A stretch of DNA of 64,000 nt from Eledone cirrhosa (Eukaryota). Below are positions 1-11,632 of this stretch, one piece after another. The stretch lies in the NCBI GenBank assembly GCA_964016885.1, contig OZ024741.1, forward strand, positions 39,432,001 to 39,496,000, written 5' to 3'. A program made the translations under genes and the position numbers. Position 1 is the first letter of the stretch. Each line of letters opens with the position of its first letter. The notes beneath the pieces are model-generated. The model was not told where the DNA came from and did not search any database. It saw nothing but the letters and a program-made list of their open reading frames with translations.

Positions 1-258
1 AAGAAATTGTCATCCCTTGAATCGCAAGAATGTTTTGCAAATTTTGAAGGTGCCAGCTATCGCAGCCATATGTAGACTATGAATTAGGGAGCTGTGCTTT
101 TTGTCCGCAAATCCAAGTTCAGTCATACTTTGGTCCAAGCGGGTTGTATGTATGTATATATTAATGTATGTATGTATTTATATATGTATGTATTTATTTA
201 TGTATGTATGCATTTAATATGTATATATGTATTTATGTATGTATATATAAGAGGTATA

Positions 259-371
<113 letters not shown>

Positions 372-589
372 CAAGAAAGAGATAATGTGAACGGTAGGGA
401 GAGATACATCCAAGCAGAAAATATGCGAGGGAAGAGGAATATGCAAATATGCAAATATGCAAATATGCAAATAATTAAGGAAGAGGGAGAGGGTGAGAAG
501 ATATACAAACAGACAGATTGAAGAGGGAAGGTGTGAGTAGAGACAGAAGAGCGGAAAATAGGAAATGATAGGCAGAACAAAGAAAAGCG

Positions 590-1195
590 AATGTGTGTGT
601 ATGTGAGTGTGCTGTGTGTGGGTGTGTGTGAGAGTGTGCTGTGTATGTGAGAGTGTGCTGTGTGTGTGAGTGTGTGCTGTGTATGTGAGAGTGTGCTGTG
701 TGTGTGAGAGTGTGCTGTGTATGTGAGAGTGTGCTGTGTGTGTGAGAGTGTGCTGTGTATGTGAGAGTGTGCTGTGTGTGTGAGAGTGTGCTATGTGGTG
801 TATGGATGTGTGCGTGAGAGTGTGCTGTGTGTGAGAGTGTGCTGTGTATATGTAATGGATGTGTGGTGTATGGTGTGTGTGTATGTGAGAGTGTGCTGTG
901 TATATGTAATGGATGTGTGGTGTATGGTGTGTGTGTATGTGAGAGTGTGCTGTATGTGAGAGTGTGCTGTGTGTGTGAGAGTGTGCTGTGTATATGTAGT
1001 GGATGTGTGGTGTATAGTGTGTGTGTGTATGTGAGAGTGTGCTGTGTGTGTGTGAGTGTGCTGTGTATATGTAGTGGATGTGTGGCATATGGTGTGTGTG
1101 TGTATGGATGTGTGTGTATGTGGTGTATGGATGTGTGTGTATATGTGGTGTATGGATGTGTGTATATGTGGTGTATGGATGTATGTGTATATGTG
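590..1195. repeat. GT-rich minisatellite, ~18-20 bp unit (gtgtgagagtgtgctgtgt), grading into gtgtatggatgtgt units
   Basis: Tandem recurrence of gagagtgtgctgtg. Confidence 0.85.
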
Positions 1196-2935
1196 GTGTA
1201 TGGATGTGTGTATGTGTAGTAGTTATGTGGTGTATGGATGTGTTTATGTGTAGTAGTTATGTTGTGTATGGTGTGTGTATGTGTAGTAGTTATGTGGTGT
1301 ATGGTGTGTGTATGTGTAGTAGTTATGTGGTGTATGGTGTATGTATGTGTTAGTATTATGTGGTGTATGGTGTGTGTATGTGTAGTAGTTATGTGGTGTA
1401 TGGTGTGTGTATGTGTAGTAGTTATGTGGTGTATGGATGTGTTTATGTGTAGTAGTTATGTTGTGTATGGTGTGTGTATGTGTAGTAGTTATGTGGTGTA
1501 TGGTGTGTGTATGTGTAGTAGTTATGTGGTGTATGGTGTATGTATGTGTAGCAGTTATGTTGTGTATGGTGTGTGTATGTGTAGTAGATATGTGGTGTAT
1601 GGATGTGTTTATGTGTAGTAGTTATGTGGTGTATGGTGTATGTATGTGTAGCAGTTATGTTGTGTATGGTGTGTGTATGTGTAGTAGTTATGTGGTGTAT
1701 GGATGTGTTTATGTGTAGTAGTTATGTTGTGTATGGTGTGTGTATGTGTAGTAGTTATGTGGTGTATGGTGTGTGTATGTGTAGTAGTTATGTGGTGTAT
1801 GGTGTATGTAAGTGTTAGTATTATGTGGTGTATGGTGTGTGTATGTGTAGTAGTTATGTGGTGTATGGCGTGTGTATGTGTAGTAGTTATGTGGTGTATG
1901 GATGTGTTTATGTGTAGTAGTTATGTTGTGTATGGTGTGTGTATGTGTAGTAGTTATGTGGTGTATGGTGTGTGTATGTGTAGTAGTTATGTGGTGTATG
2001 GTGTGTGTATGTGTAGTAGTTATGTGGTGTATGGATGTGTTTATGTGTAGTAGTTATGTTGTGTATGGTGTGTGTATGTGTAGTAGTTATGTGGTGTATG
2101 GTGTGTGTATGTGTAGTAGTTATGTGGTGTATGGTGTGTGTATGTGTAGTAGTTATGTGGTGTATGGATGTGTTTATGTGTAGTAGTTATGTTGTGTATG
2201 GTGTGTTTATGTGTAGTAGTTATGTGGTGTATGGTGTGTGTATGTGTAGTAGTTATGTGGTGTATGGTGTGTGTATGTGTAGTAGTTATGTTGTGTATGG
2301 ATGTGTTTATGTGTAGTAGTTATGTTGTGTATGGTGTGTTTATGTGTAGTAGTTATGTTGTGTATGGTGTGTGTATGTGTAGTAGTTATGTGGTGTATGG
2401 TGTGTGTATGTGTAGTAGTTATATGGTGTATGGATGTGTTTATGTGTAGTAGTTATGTTGTGTATGGTGTGTGTATGTGTAGTAGTTATGTTGTGTATGG
2501 TGTGTTTATGTGTAGTAGTTATGTGGTGTATGGTGTGTGTATGTGTAGTAGTTATGTGGTGTATGGTGTGTGTATGTGTAGTAGTTATGTGGTGTATGGA
2601 TGTGTTTATGTGTAGTAGTTATGTTGTGTATGGTGTGTGTATGTGTAGTAGTTATGTGGTGTATGGTGTGTGTATGTGTAGTAGTTATGTGGTGTATGGT
2701 GTATGTATGTGTAGTAGTTATGTGGTGTATGGTGTATGTATGTGTAGTAGTTATGTGGTGTATGGTGTGTGTATGTGTACTAGTTATGTGGTGTATGGTG
2801 TGTTTATGTGTAATAGTTATGTGGTGTATGGTGTGTGTATGTGTAGTAGTTATGTTGTGTATGGTGTATGTATGTGTAGAAGTTATGTGGTGTATGGTGT
2901 GTGTATGTGTAGTAGTTCTGTGGTGTATGGATGTG
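1196..2935. repeat. 33-bp minisatellite (gtgtatggtgtgtgtatgtgtagtagttatgtg) with a 34-bp variant unit
   Basis: About 50 tandem units; ORF-track starts recur every 133 bp (1902, 2035, 2168, 2301, 2434). Confidence 0.95.
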
Positions 2936-3095
2936 TGTATATGTGTGGCTCTGCTGTGTATATTTATGTATGTGTGAATGTATATATGGATATGTGTGTA
3001 TATGTTGTGACTGTGTGCTATACGTATATGTGCCTAAGTGTAGTAGCTGGCAAGTATGTGCATGTTTATGCAGGAGAAGTGACTGTGTGTTAGCT

Positions 3096-3151
<56 letters not shown>

Positions 3152-3284
3152 TTGTAGTAGACATGTTGTTTGTGGATATGTGTATACGTGTGGCAGTGGT
3201 GTACACATGCAAATATGTTCTGGCTGTGTTGCCTGTATAAGTGTGTATCAATAGTGGTTGTGTGTTTTGTGACTATGTATATAT

Positions 3285-3645
3285 GTATAGTAGCACTGTG
3301 CTGTGTGTATATGTGTATATATATGTATAGTAGCACTGTGTTGTGTGTATATGTGTATATATGTATAGTAGTTCTGTGCTGTGTGTGTGTATATATATAT
3401 GTATAGTAGTTCTGTGCTGTGTGTATATGTGTATATATGTATTGTAACTCTGTGCTGGGTGTATATGTGTATATATATATATATAGTAGTTCTGTGCTGT
3501 GTGTATATATGTATATATGTATTAGTTCTGTGCTGAGTGTATATGTGTCTATATGTATTGGTTCTGTGCTGTGTGTATATATGTATAGTAGTTCTGTGCT
3601 GTGTATATATGTATATATGCATTGGTTCTGTGCTGAGTGTATATA
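3285..3645. repeat. ~35-bp minisatellite (tagttctgtgctgtgtgtatat...)
   Basis: About 10 degenerate tandem units. Confidence 0.8.
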
Positions 3646-4199
3646 TATATATATATTTGTATGATCAATTACGACGTAGTATGCGAGTATGTGCTAGTAA
3701 TTGTGTTCATGTGTGTATGTCTATGTAAAAAAGATAAATAGTATTTAGAAAAGAAATTACAGAGAGAGACAACCAGCCCCTTCATAGGCACCACCTCACA
3801 CAATTCTAAATTAACTCTTATTCACGATATTGGGACTTGTTTAAACATTAATAGCAACTTATTCTGACAAAACAATCTTTCATCTGTCCCACTACAATCT
3901 CATCACACACTCACACATACACATACGTACACACACATAGATACAAATACGTACACACACATATATACAGATATGTACACACGCATAGATACAAATACGT
4001 AGACACGCATATATACACATACGTACACACACATAGATACATATACGTACACATACATATATACACATACATACACATGTTGGCTCAGAAACATTTCCTA
4101 TCAACATAGGTATATAGATGAAAAGACCCCCTTCGGTCACGAATAACCATGGGTTTTGCACCTAGAAAGATCCCCTCTGGGGCACAAACCCGCGCAAGT

Positions 4200-4720
4200 T
4201 GTTTTTGTGCAAGACCAGTAATTGCCCACCTAATCACCCTTCTCCAGTTCTATTTAGATCGAGGTCGCCATTTCTTCCAATCATTCCATTTCCTCTCAGG
4301 TAGTCAGTGCCACCGTGTGCTCTGAAGTCTCCCATCAGGATATATGACTCAGTCTTAACTACATCTAACGCTGCAGTGACTTCATCAAGGAAGGACCTGT
4401 ACTCGGACTCCTTGTTTGGTACAAAAACTTGCATCATCGACAGAGGCCTATCTTTCAGCCTGAGATTCCAGAAGCATGAGATCCAGTCCATAAATTCTGA
4501 CAGCCGTGGGCTTGTGAGTATCCCCACTCTCGCCTGTTCAGTCATTTATAGCACCCCATCTGAATACAGGATTTTCCATCCTCCATCAGAATCTACAGTA
4601 TCAGAGTCATGGAACTTTGTTGAGTAAACCCCTACTATATCCAGCCGGTAACATCTAGCCACATCCACCAGTTTCTGCTCGTTATTTGTTAGGGTTGTGA
4701 TGTTCCAGCTTTCAATTCAC
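4200..4720 (-). mobile_element. Decayed RTE-clade LINE, AP-endonuclease region
   Basis: Minus-strand peptides ITTLTNNEQKLVDVARCYRLDIVG, GWKILYSDG, ARVGILTSPRL and YILMGDFRAHGG...IGRNG match APE motifs (LDIVG, GVGIL, GDFNAHVG), with frameshifts. Confidence 0.8.
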
Positions 4721-4905
4721 AAGGTTTACTCCCTTCCGGACCTTTTTTTATGTGTGTGTGTGTGGGGGGGGGGGGGGGGGGTATGCAATCTTTGTGCATC
4801 CATTCCACGCCTCCCAGGACAGGTCGCAGGCCCATCGCCAGTTTTTGTTGGACGAAATGGAGACTACAATATATGTTTCGAACAGACCTCTATACCTAAC
4901 GCCTG

Positions 4906-4936
<31 letters not shown>

Positions 4937-4937
4937 A

Positions 4938-5155
4938 ATAAGAGGAATTCCAACTTTGTCTGATTTACTCGTTTTATTTACAATCCTTTAAAATTTATAA
5001 TGGTATTATAATGAAATAGTATGATAGAATATTAAATTCTAAGTGTTAATTGAACTTAGAATTTAATATTCTACCATACTATTTCATTCTAATACCATTA
5101 TAAATTTTAAAGGATTGTAAATAAAACGAGTAAATCAGACAAAGTTGGAATTCCT

Positions 5156-5160
<5 letters not shown>
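4938..5160. repeat. Fold-back palindrome, 107-bp arms, 9-nt loop, between (TA)n tracts
   Basis: 4938-5044 is the reverse complement of 5054-5160 with 2 mismatches. Confidence 0.95.
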
Positions 5161-5206
<46 letters not shown>

Positions 5207-5296
5207 TAAAACAGCAAACAAAAAAAACAACAACGAAGCGAAGAGGCAGTACAATGTGTTAATATTAGGTTCACGCTTGAGAGTGCGGAGTGGGGG

Positions 5297-5330
5297 GACG
5301 ACGTTTCGGGCATAAGCCGATCATCAGGAG
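5297..5330 (-). ncRNA. Minimal type I hammerhead ribozyme motif with poor stem I
   Basis: Minus strand reads ctc-CTGATGA-tcggc ttat gccc-GAAAC-GTC-GTC. Confidence 0.6.
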
Positions 5331-5522
5331 AAAAGTGGGCAGGAAAAGAGTTCTGAGGATGTGAGGGGAACTGGTGGAAAGACATTAAAGGGGGGGGGGG
5401 AATAAAAATGAAACAAGTGGTGAAAGGATGTGAAGCGTGTAGATGTGGTGGTGGGTCGATGGAGGGGGCGAGGGGAGAGGGAGACAGGGTGTCCGAGCGG
5501 GTAGGGCTGAAGGTGGTGTGTT

Positions 5523-5571
<49 letters not shown>

Positions 5572-6741
5572 ATGTGAATGTGAGAGTTTGCGGAAGAATG
5601 AGGCTCCTAGTTCGGGTAATAGGGAAACCAGTGTGTACATGGGGTGGGATGTAAGTCAGTGCGTGCGTGTGTTTTTGTGTGGTGTGGATGTATGGTTGCG
5701 TGGTGCGAAAATAGTATAAGTGTTTGTGTGTGAGTGTGTGTGTTCCTGGATGTTTTTCCGCGGATTGTAGGAACGGATGTTGAAAATTCCGAGTATAGCA
5801 TGGTGGATGCCTGGAGCAGTGGACCGCTGGTGTAAAATCATGGTGTAGTATTGAGGGAGTAGAGAGTTGTGGGGTGCGCGCGCAACAGTGGTCAGAGGGT
5901 CAAGGCAGGGCGAGGGGAGTGGGAGGGATGAAGGAGATAGCAGTAGGAAGGTGACAAGCAGGCAATGTAGGAAGGAGGGGGACATGTGTATGCGATGGTC
6001 TGTATGTGGGTATATTAGTGGAGGTGTTACTGGGATGTGTGTGGGTGTGTGGGTAGTGCGGGGAGAGAGAGAGAAGATGCTGGGAACAGTAGGAGGGAGT
6101 GTGTGTATGTGTGGTAGAGTGGATGTTAGTATTATAGGTGGGGGAGGGGTTTAATGCGGGTGTGTGAGTGGGCGTTAGTGGTGATAGTGTGGGTGTGAAG
6201 TGGGTGGCGTATCGGTGTGTACGTGGGTGTGGGTGATTGTATGTGTGATGGTGTGTGTTCGTGTGTGTGTGGTGAGGGGGAAAGGTAGGTTGGGGGATGT
6301 TTAGTATTATTAGTGGTCGGGTGGTCAGATGTGTGTGTGGGTGGGGGTTAGTGGTGGTAGTAGGGTGTGTCAATTGTGTGAGTGAGTGTATATAGGTACT
6401 TGTGGGTGTGTGCGTGTTGCTTCATTTGATATGTATATATATATATTTGTATACACTCCAAAAATACACCCACACATGTCCGTCAATGCATGTGTGTGTG
6501 TGTGTGTGGGGGGGGGGGTAATCTGTATTTCATTCACACCTCCTCTTCAAACACGCAGACTTACTTATATGTACACATATTAATATGTATGCATGTATGT
6601 ATCTATATATGTATGTGTGTAGTGTATATGTATATATATATATATAAGTTTATTCCGGGTTCAATCGGGGAGTAAGGTACTCAATTCAAAGAAAGTAAGG
6701 TACTCAATACGAAGCAGAGTATAGATATTTAATATAGAAAG

Positions 6742-6790
6742 GCTTCTACAGGACTAGAACTGTTTCATTCCGGAGAAATCATCAGGAAGC
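6742..6790 (-). ncRNA. Type I hammerhead ribozyme, family A
   Basis: Minus strand reads gcttc-CTGATGA-tTTC tccg GAAt-GAA-ACAG ttctagtc CTGT-A-gaagc: stem I 5 bp, stem III 4 bp, GUA cleavage triplet. Confidence 0.85.
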
Positions 6791-7020
6791 ACCATCAGAT
6801 GTTGAACAAAAAGATGACGTGGTTGCCTAAACACTGTACGGCGTAATTCGGGCTGTTTGTTTGTTTACAAACAAACCGAGCATTATAATAAATGTTCGGT
6901 AAACCGATACGTACATATATATATGTGTGCATGTATGTATATATATACATACTACTGTACGTCTGTATACATATATGTATGTACGTATACATACATACAT
7001 ACTTACATATATATATATAT

Positions 7021-7236
7021 AACGAAGGAAATGTGGTAAGGAACCAGATGGACCATAACGCACCAAAGTACTCAATACTTAGGGTAGTAGAGTGGGTAAT
7101 AGGAACGAGTAGGACCCCGACGGCTGAGCTCAAGCCGTTTCGACGGCTAATTCTGGACTAAAATTAAAAAAAATAAAAAGTCCAGAATTAGCCGTCGAAA
7201 CGGCATGAGCTCAGCCGTCGGGGTCCTACTCGTTCC

Positions 7237-7239
<3 letters not shown>
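7021..7239 (-). mobile_element. Family C hairpin element (61-bp arms plus ~78-nt tail) carrying the 3' half of a hammerhead
   Basis: Arms 7099-7159 and 7179-7239; GAAAC-GGC-(t/a)tgagctca-GCC-GTC; homologous to 47073, 62837 and 63869. Confidence 0.8.
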
Positions 7240-7281
<42 letters not shown>

Positions 7282-7314
7282 TACAGTAATCAAAGTTCAG
7301 TTTAAGTCATTTAT

Positions 7315-7363
7315 TTGCTTACAATTGTTTCCTCCAAACCGAGGTTTGGATTCTTCGGAGCAA
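7315..7363 (-). ncRNA. Type I hammerhead ribozyme, CCGAAGA core variant
   Basis: Minus strand reads ttgct-CCGAAGA-a TCCAAAC ctcg GTTTGGA g-GAA-AC AATT GT-A-agcaa; palindromic stem III. Confidence 0.8.
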
Positions 7364-8003
7364 CTATTTACTGATCTATAACATACTTGACCTCCTTTTC
7401 AACCCAAGAGACACATAAAACATATGCGCATATTGATCAACAGTGGGGTGACATTCATCAAATGATATAGCATGGCAATTTACATATAAAGGGTACAGGA
7501 TAAAAATAAAATAAAAACAAGAGTGAAAATAAAGATAAACATGAAGCGTTGGCAGTCTATGAAGATAAAGCAAGAGGAAAGCTTAGAGTAGTCAGTGTAT
7601 GAAACAATCTCCAGTGTAGCATGCACGCGTGTCTTATCTATACATGATTAGAGTGTGTCAGAATGATATTTGCAGGGTCAGGCAGTTGAAGCAGGCAATC
7701 GATCTTATTATGTAGGCTGAATTATTAAGTCATTTATTCTCATACATCTGTATGATATACAGTCTCGGATGCGGGGAAACACCAAAATATCAAAAACTTT
7801 CAACATACTATAAACCTTATTGTATCGTAGGCAAGGCCGTGCCACTGTCCTTGCTCACACCACCACTCACATAATCCATGAGACGCAATATATATAGAGA
7901 ACACGCGTCTATCGTATAATTCGCGGTGGTTCAGCATATAGTCAAGCTATAAACCGTATCCAGTCGGTTCTTATATATATGTGGTCTTGTTTTGCTTAAC
8001 TAA

Positions 8004-8037
<34 letters not shown>

Positions 8038-8049
8038 ACAGGTCAATAC

Positions 8050-8122
<73 letters not shown>

Positions 8123-9019
8123 TATGTATATATATGTAACAGGTCAATACACAATAAAAATCTAAATACACGTAAACGAAACTTCATCGTGTTTATTAAT
8201 ATATATATATTAAATTGTATTGAACACCACATCTGTACTCCATCGTCTAACTCTCTCATATACTGTACCCTATTTTGTATAAACCCCTTCATTTCCTATA
8301 TCGTCGCCTTCCACCCTTTTTATTACCGCCATCATCAACTTTTCAGTTTCCTTTGTATAATTTCAGTTCCTTTCTATAATGTGTAAGAAACAAGATGAAA
8401 GGATTTTTTATATTGAAACAAATCCTTCGTCTGTCTACCATTTCCGCCTGTCTGTTTGTCCTTAATTTGTGTTAGAGTCATATCGTGGCTATTTCTAAAA
8501 TACGAGCATCGACTCAAAAGTTCATATGTTGAACATGATACTCTCATGGAATGACCAAATGAGATTCATTTTTCAACTTAGACCTTGGAAAGAAACAACG
8601 CAGTTATTAATAAGAATAGTTGGAATTAATGCATCCAAGATGTTTAGCATCATTCTTTCATAGTCAGCCAATGAACTGGAAATGGAAGTGTGTAATAGTA
8701 TGGTTCTCACACTATTAGGAATACCACTCCTTACTCTCCACCGTTGTTTGACTATATTGCAGTTGTCATTATATTTCCTTGTGCTTGCTATCATTTCGTT
8801 AAACCTCTTTCATATTTTTACCCAGCAAGTTGCTATCCAAATAAATGCGTGTATATGTGACTGGTGTAAAATATGTTTTGATCTGTTGTTGTTGTTTTTT
8901 TATTTTTAAAGTTTACCTCCCATCAGTCTGAAGTCAATAAAATAAAGTACCAAATCAAGTATAGAGGTCGACGACCCCTTATCCCTAAAATGCTGGCGTT
9001 GTGTCTAGCATAAAACCCT

Positions 9020-9196
9020 AGTATCGGCAGAGGATCGGACGCCATGCTTTGCAGCATAGAGTTACGGCCTTTTACTGCCTGAGTTCAAATCCCTCCGAGG
9101 TTAACTTTGCTTTTCATCCTTACGGGGTCGATGAAATAAAGTACCAGTAATGCACTGGGTTAATTGCTGGCTTGTGCCAAAAGTAGAAACAATTAT
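9020..9196 (+). mobile_element. tRNA-derived SINE, family 1 (Nin/Deu-like central domain)
   Basis: B-box GAGTTCAAATCC, core tttcatccttacggggtcgat(g)aaataaagtaccagt and tail gtgccaaaagtagaaacaattatt; multiple copies in the window. Confidence 0.9.
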
Positions 9197-9569
9197 TACA
9201 ACTGCTGACATATTTTGCTGATTGTATTGCTGGTATCAGCACTATCGTTGTTACTGTAGATATTATAACAGGTGTTTGCATTACTATTATTGATTCTGTA
9301 TGTAATGTTGTCAGTATTGATTATGTAAGTGCTACTGTCACTGTCTCTGTTAATGTTCATATTATTGCTAATGTTCGACCAATTACAATACTCGTAATAC
9401 TAAAAATAATCGTACTTTATTTTACATTTTTCCCAAGTTGGACATTGCCTACCATTACTATATAAAGTTATGTCCCAGCTTAACCACTGTTGAAATGTTA
9501 AAATTAATTTCTGTCATGGTGGTTGAAATAACAATAACTGATAACAACAATGGTTTTCCTGAAATTTGG

Positions 9570-9792
9570 AAATTATTTGGCAGAAACGCTAAAGTTTCGG
9601 ACTAATCATTTGTGACATTTCTTCTGGATTTTACCATTCTAGGTTCAAATCCCATCGAGATTAGGTTTGTCTTTTATCGTTACGGGGTCGATAAAATAAA
9701 GAACCTGTAACGCATTGGGGTCGATTTAATCAATTTACCCCTATTTCCCGTTAAATTGCTGGCCTTGTGCCAAATGTAGAAATAATTATTAT
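9570..9792 (+). mobile_element. SINE family 1, diverged copy
   Basis: GGTTCAAATCCC, ggggtcgataaaataaag and ttgctggccttgtgccaaa. Confidence 0.75.
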
Positions 9793-10263
9793 TGAAAGGG
9801 GAAAATATGGCAGTATATTGACAGAAACATTATAGAGTCTGATAAAATCCTTTGCATACTCGTTAAGGTTCTTTACGTTCTTAGCTAACATCTCGTCAAC
9901 TTTAACTTTTATCCAAACGTCAGTCGATAAAATGAAGTACCAGTCAAGCAACTCCACCTCATAAATTGCTCATCTCGTGCTTAAGTTAAAAATTGTTTTA
10001 TAAATAAAAGCGATGAAAGGTAAATTTAACCGCAGTATAATTTGAACGTAAATAAATTCTACTATGTAATCTGTTAGAGTACGTCTTAGTTTTGGGGCTA
10101 AAATTTTACATTTACTCCAAGGCACCATATACCAACATCAAAAGACAAACTCCTTGACGGGCTCTTCATTTACAAAGTGTTTGTTTCAATATTTTAACAA
10201 GCCTGTTATTCACAGTCTTAACAGCAATGTGATAAAAAACCTAAAAATAGGATAACAACATAG

Positions 10264-10450
10264 AATTGTTTCTACTTTTGGCACAAGGCCAGCAATTATT
10301 CCAGTCTATTACTGGTACTTTATTTTATCGACCCCGTAAGGATAAAAGGCAAAATTAACCTCGGCGGGATTTGACATCAGATCATAAAGGACCGTAACTC
10401 TTTGCTGCAAAGCATGGCGTCCGACCCTCTACCGACACTACCAATCCACT
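10264..10450 (-). mobile_element. SINE family 1
   Basis: Reverse complement of the family consensus. Confidence 0.9.
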
Positions 10451-10589
10451 GGATAAAAAATATATTAATGCATTCCTGGGGTTTATATTGAATAATAATA
10501 ATATTCGATATAAAATTCCCGAATGCATTTACGTATCCGCTATGTTAGAGCGAAAAACTAAATTCTAATTTTGTTTTTTGTAATATTAA

Positions 10590-11224
10590 TGTTGTCAAGA
10601 AAAGTGCATTACAAGGTTAACACCTAGTTAGGTGGTGCAATGTAGAAATGGATATATATTATGAACAAAATTCAATAATGTCTAAGAAAGAATACTTTTG
10701 GTTGCGGCTTTAGATCGAAGACTTCGAAACAGAATTGAAAACATAATGACCAAACATAACTGCAGCATATATGGTTTATGCCAAGACACTATCAACCATA
10801 CCATTATATCATATCTAACTTGGACAGTTCCATCCGAAACGACGTACATAAAGAGGCATGGCAGTGAAATATACGAGGTAGAACAGAATTGGATGCATCA
10901 TACACTGGGATATGCCAGACGTGTTAAATATATCAACAGTAATATCGATGGTAGATATATAGAAAACAAAAGGTATCAAGAAAATATATAACGATAATAT
11001 TTTGTTGATTCACAATAAATACGAAGATTAAAGGAAATTGTACAGACATTATTGTCAAAGACTATCAGGAATTGTGATGTCGACCAATCTATTTTACATG
11101 TCCAAAGGAATAGACTTTAACGCTAAAAGAAATAGAAAGAAACAAGCCAAATAGAAAGATCTGGAAACAGAGATAACGAATATTTGGAACTTGAAACCAG
11201 AAAAAATCGCCATATCATATATTT

Positions 11225-11322
<98 letters not shown>

Positions 11323-11372
11323 GAGGTAGAAGGAGGAAGGTAATATCCGTAGTGGTAGAGCACTCAGTCCAT
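10590..11372 (+). mobile_element. Highly decayed RLE-type LINE 3' region (R4/Dong/NeSL-like)
   Basis: VAALDRRLR..GLCQDTINH..YIKRH resembles the CCHC region; NCTDIIVKD..FTCP..KEIE..KDLETEITNIWNLK and, after a microsatellite, VISVVV resemble PD..D..KEXEK..KY..IPVVVGALG. Confidence 0.6.
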
Positions 11373-11385
11373 GGGACGAGTTTGG

Positions 11386-11574
11386 TAGAAGTAGTAACAC
11401 AACAGTTAGTTCACCATCCCGAAAACAATTGTTTCTCCTTAGCGGATCTTCAGATCGGACTGGTCATGGTTATATGAACACTTTTCATATAACCATGACC
11501 AGTCCAAGCTGAAGATCCGTATAAGGTGAAACAATTGTTTTCTCGGTATGGTGAACTAACTGTTGTGTTACTAC

Positions 11575-11579
<5 letters not shown>
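11386..11579. mobile_element. Fold-back insert (~93-bp arms) with a hammerhead motif in each arm (11419-11458 minus; 11504-11546 plus)
   Basis: ccgat-CTGAAGA-TCC gctaa GGA-GAA-AC AATT GT-T-ttcgg. Confidence 0.8.

Positions 11580-11625
<46 letters not shown>

Positions 11626-11632
<7 letters not shown>

Noticed and set aside
441-472. (ATGCAAAT)x4 octamer array
   Set aside because: Likely slippage in low-complexity DNA, with no promoter context.
1196-2935. Regular 33-bp repeats as a CRISPR array
   Set aside because: There are no unique spacers and no cas genes, and the context is eukaryotic.
8573-8909. Short ORFs as a possible exon or RT remnant
   Set aside because: No recognisable motif could be supported.
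9020-9100. tRNA gene
   Set aside because: This is a SINE head with A/B boxes only and no cloverleaf; the same applies to the other SINE copies.
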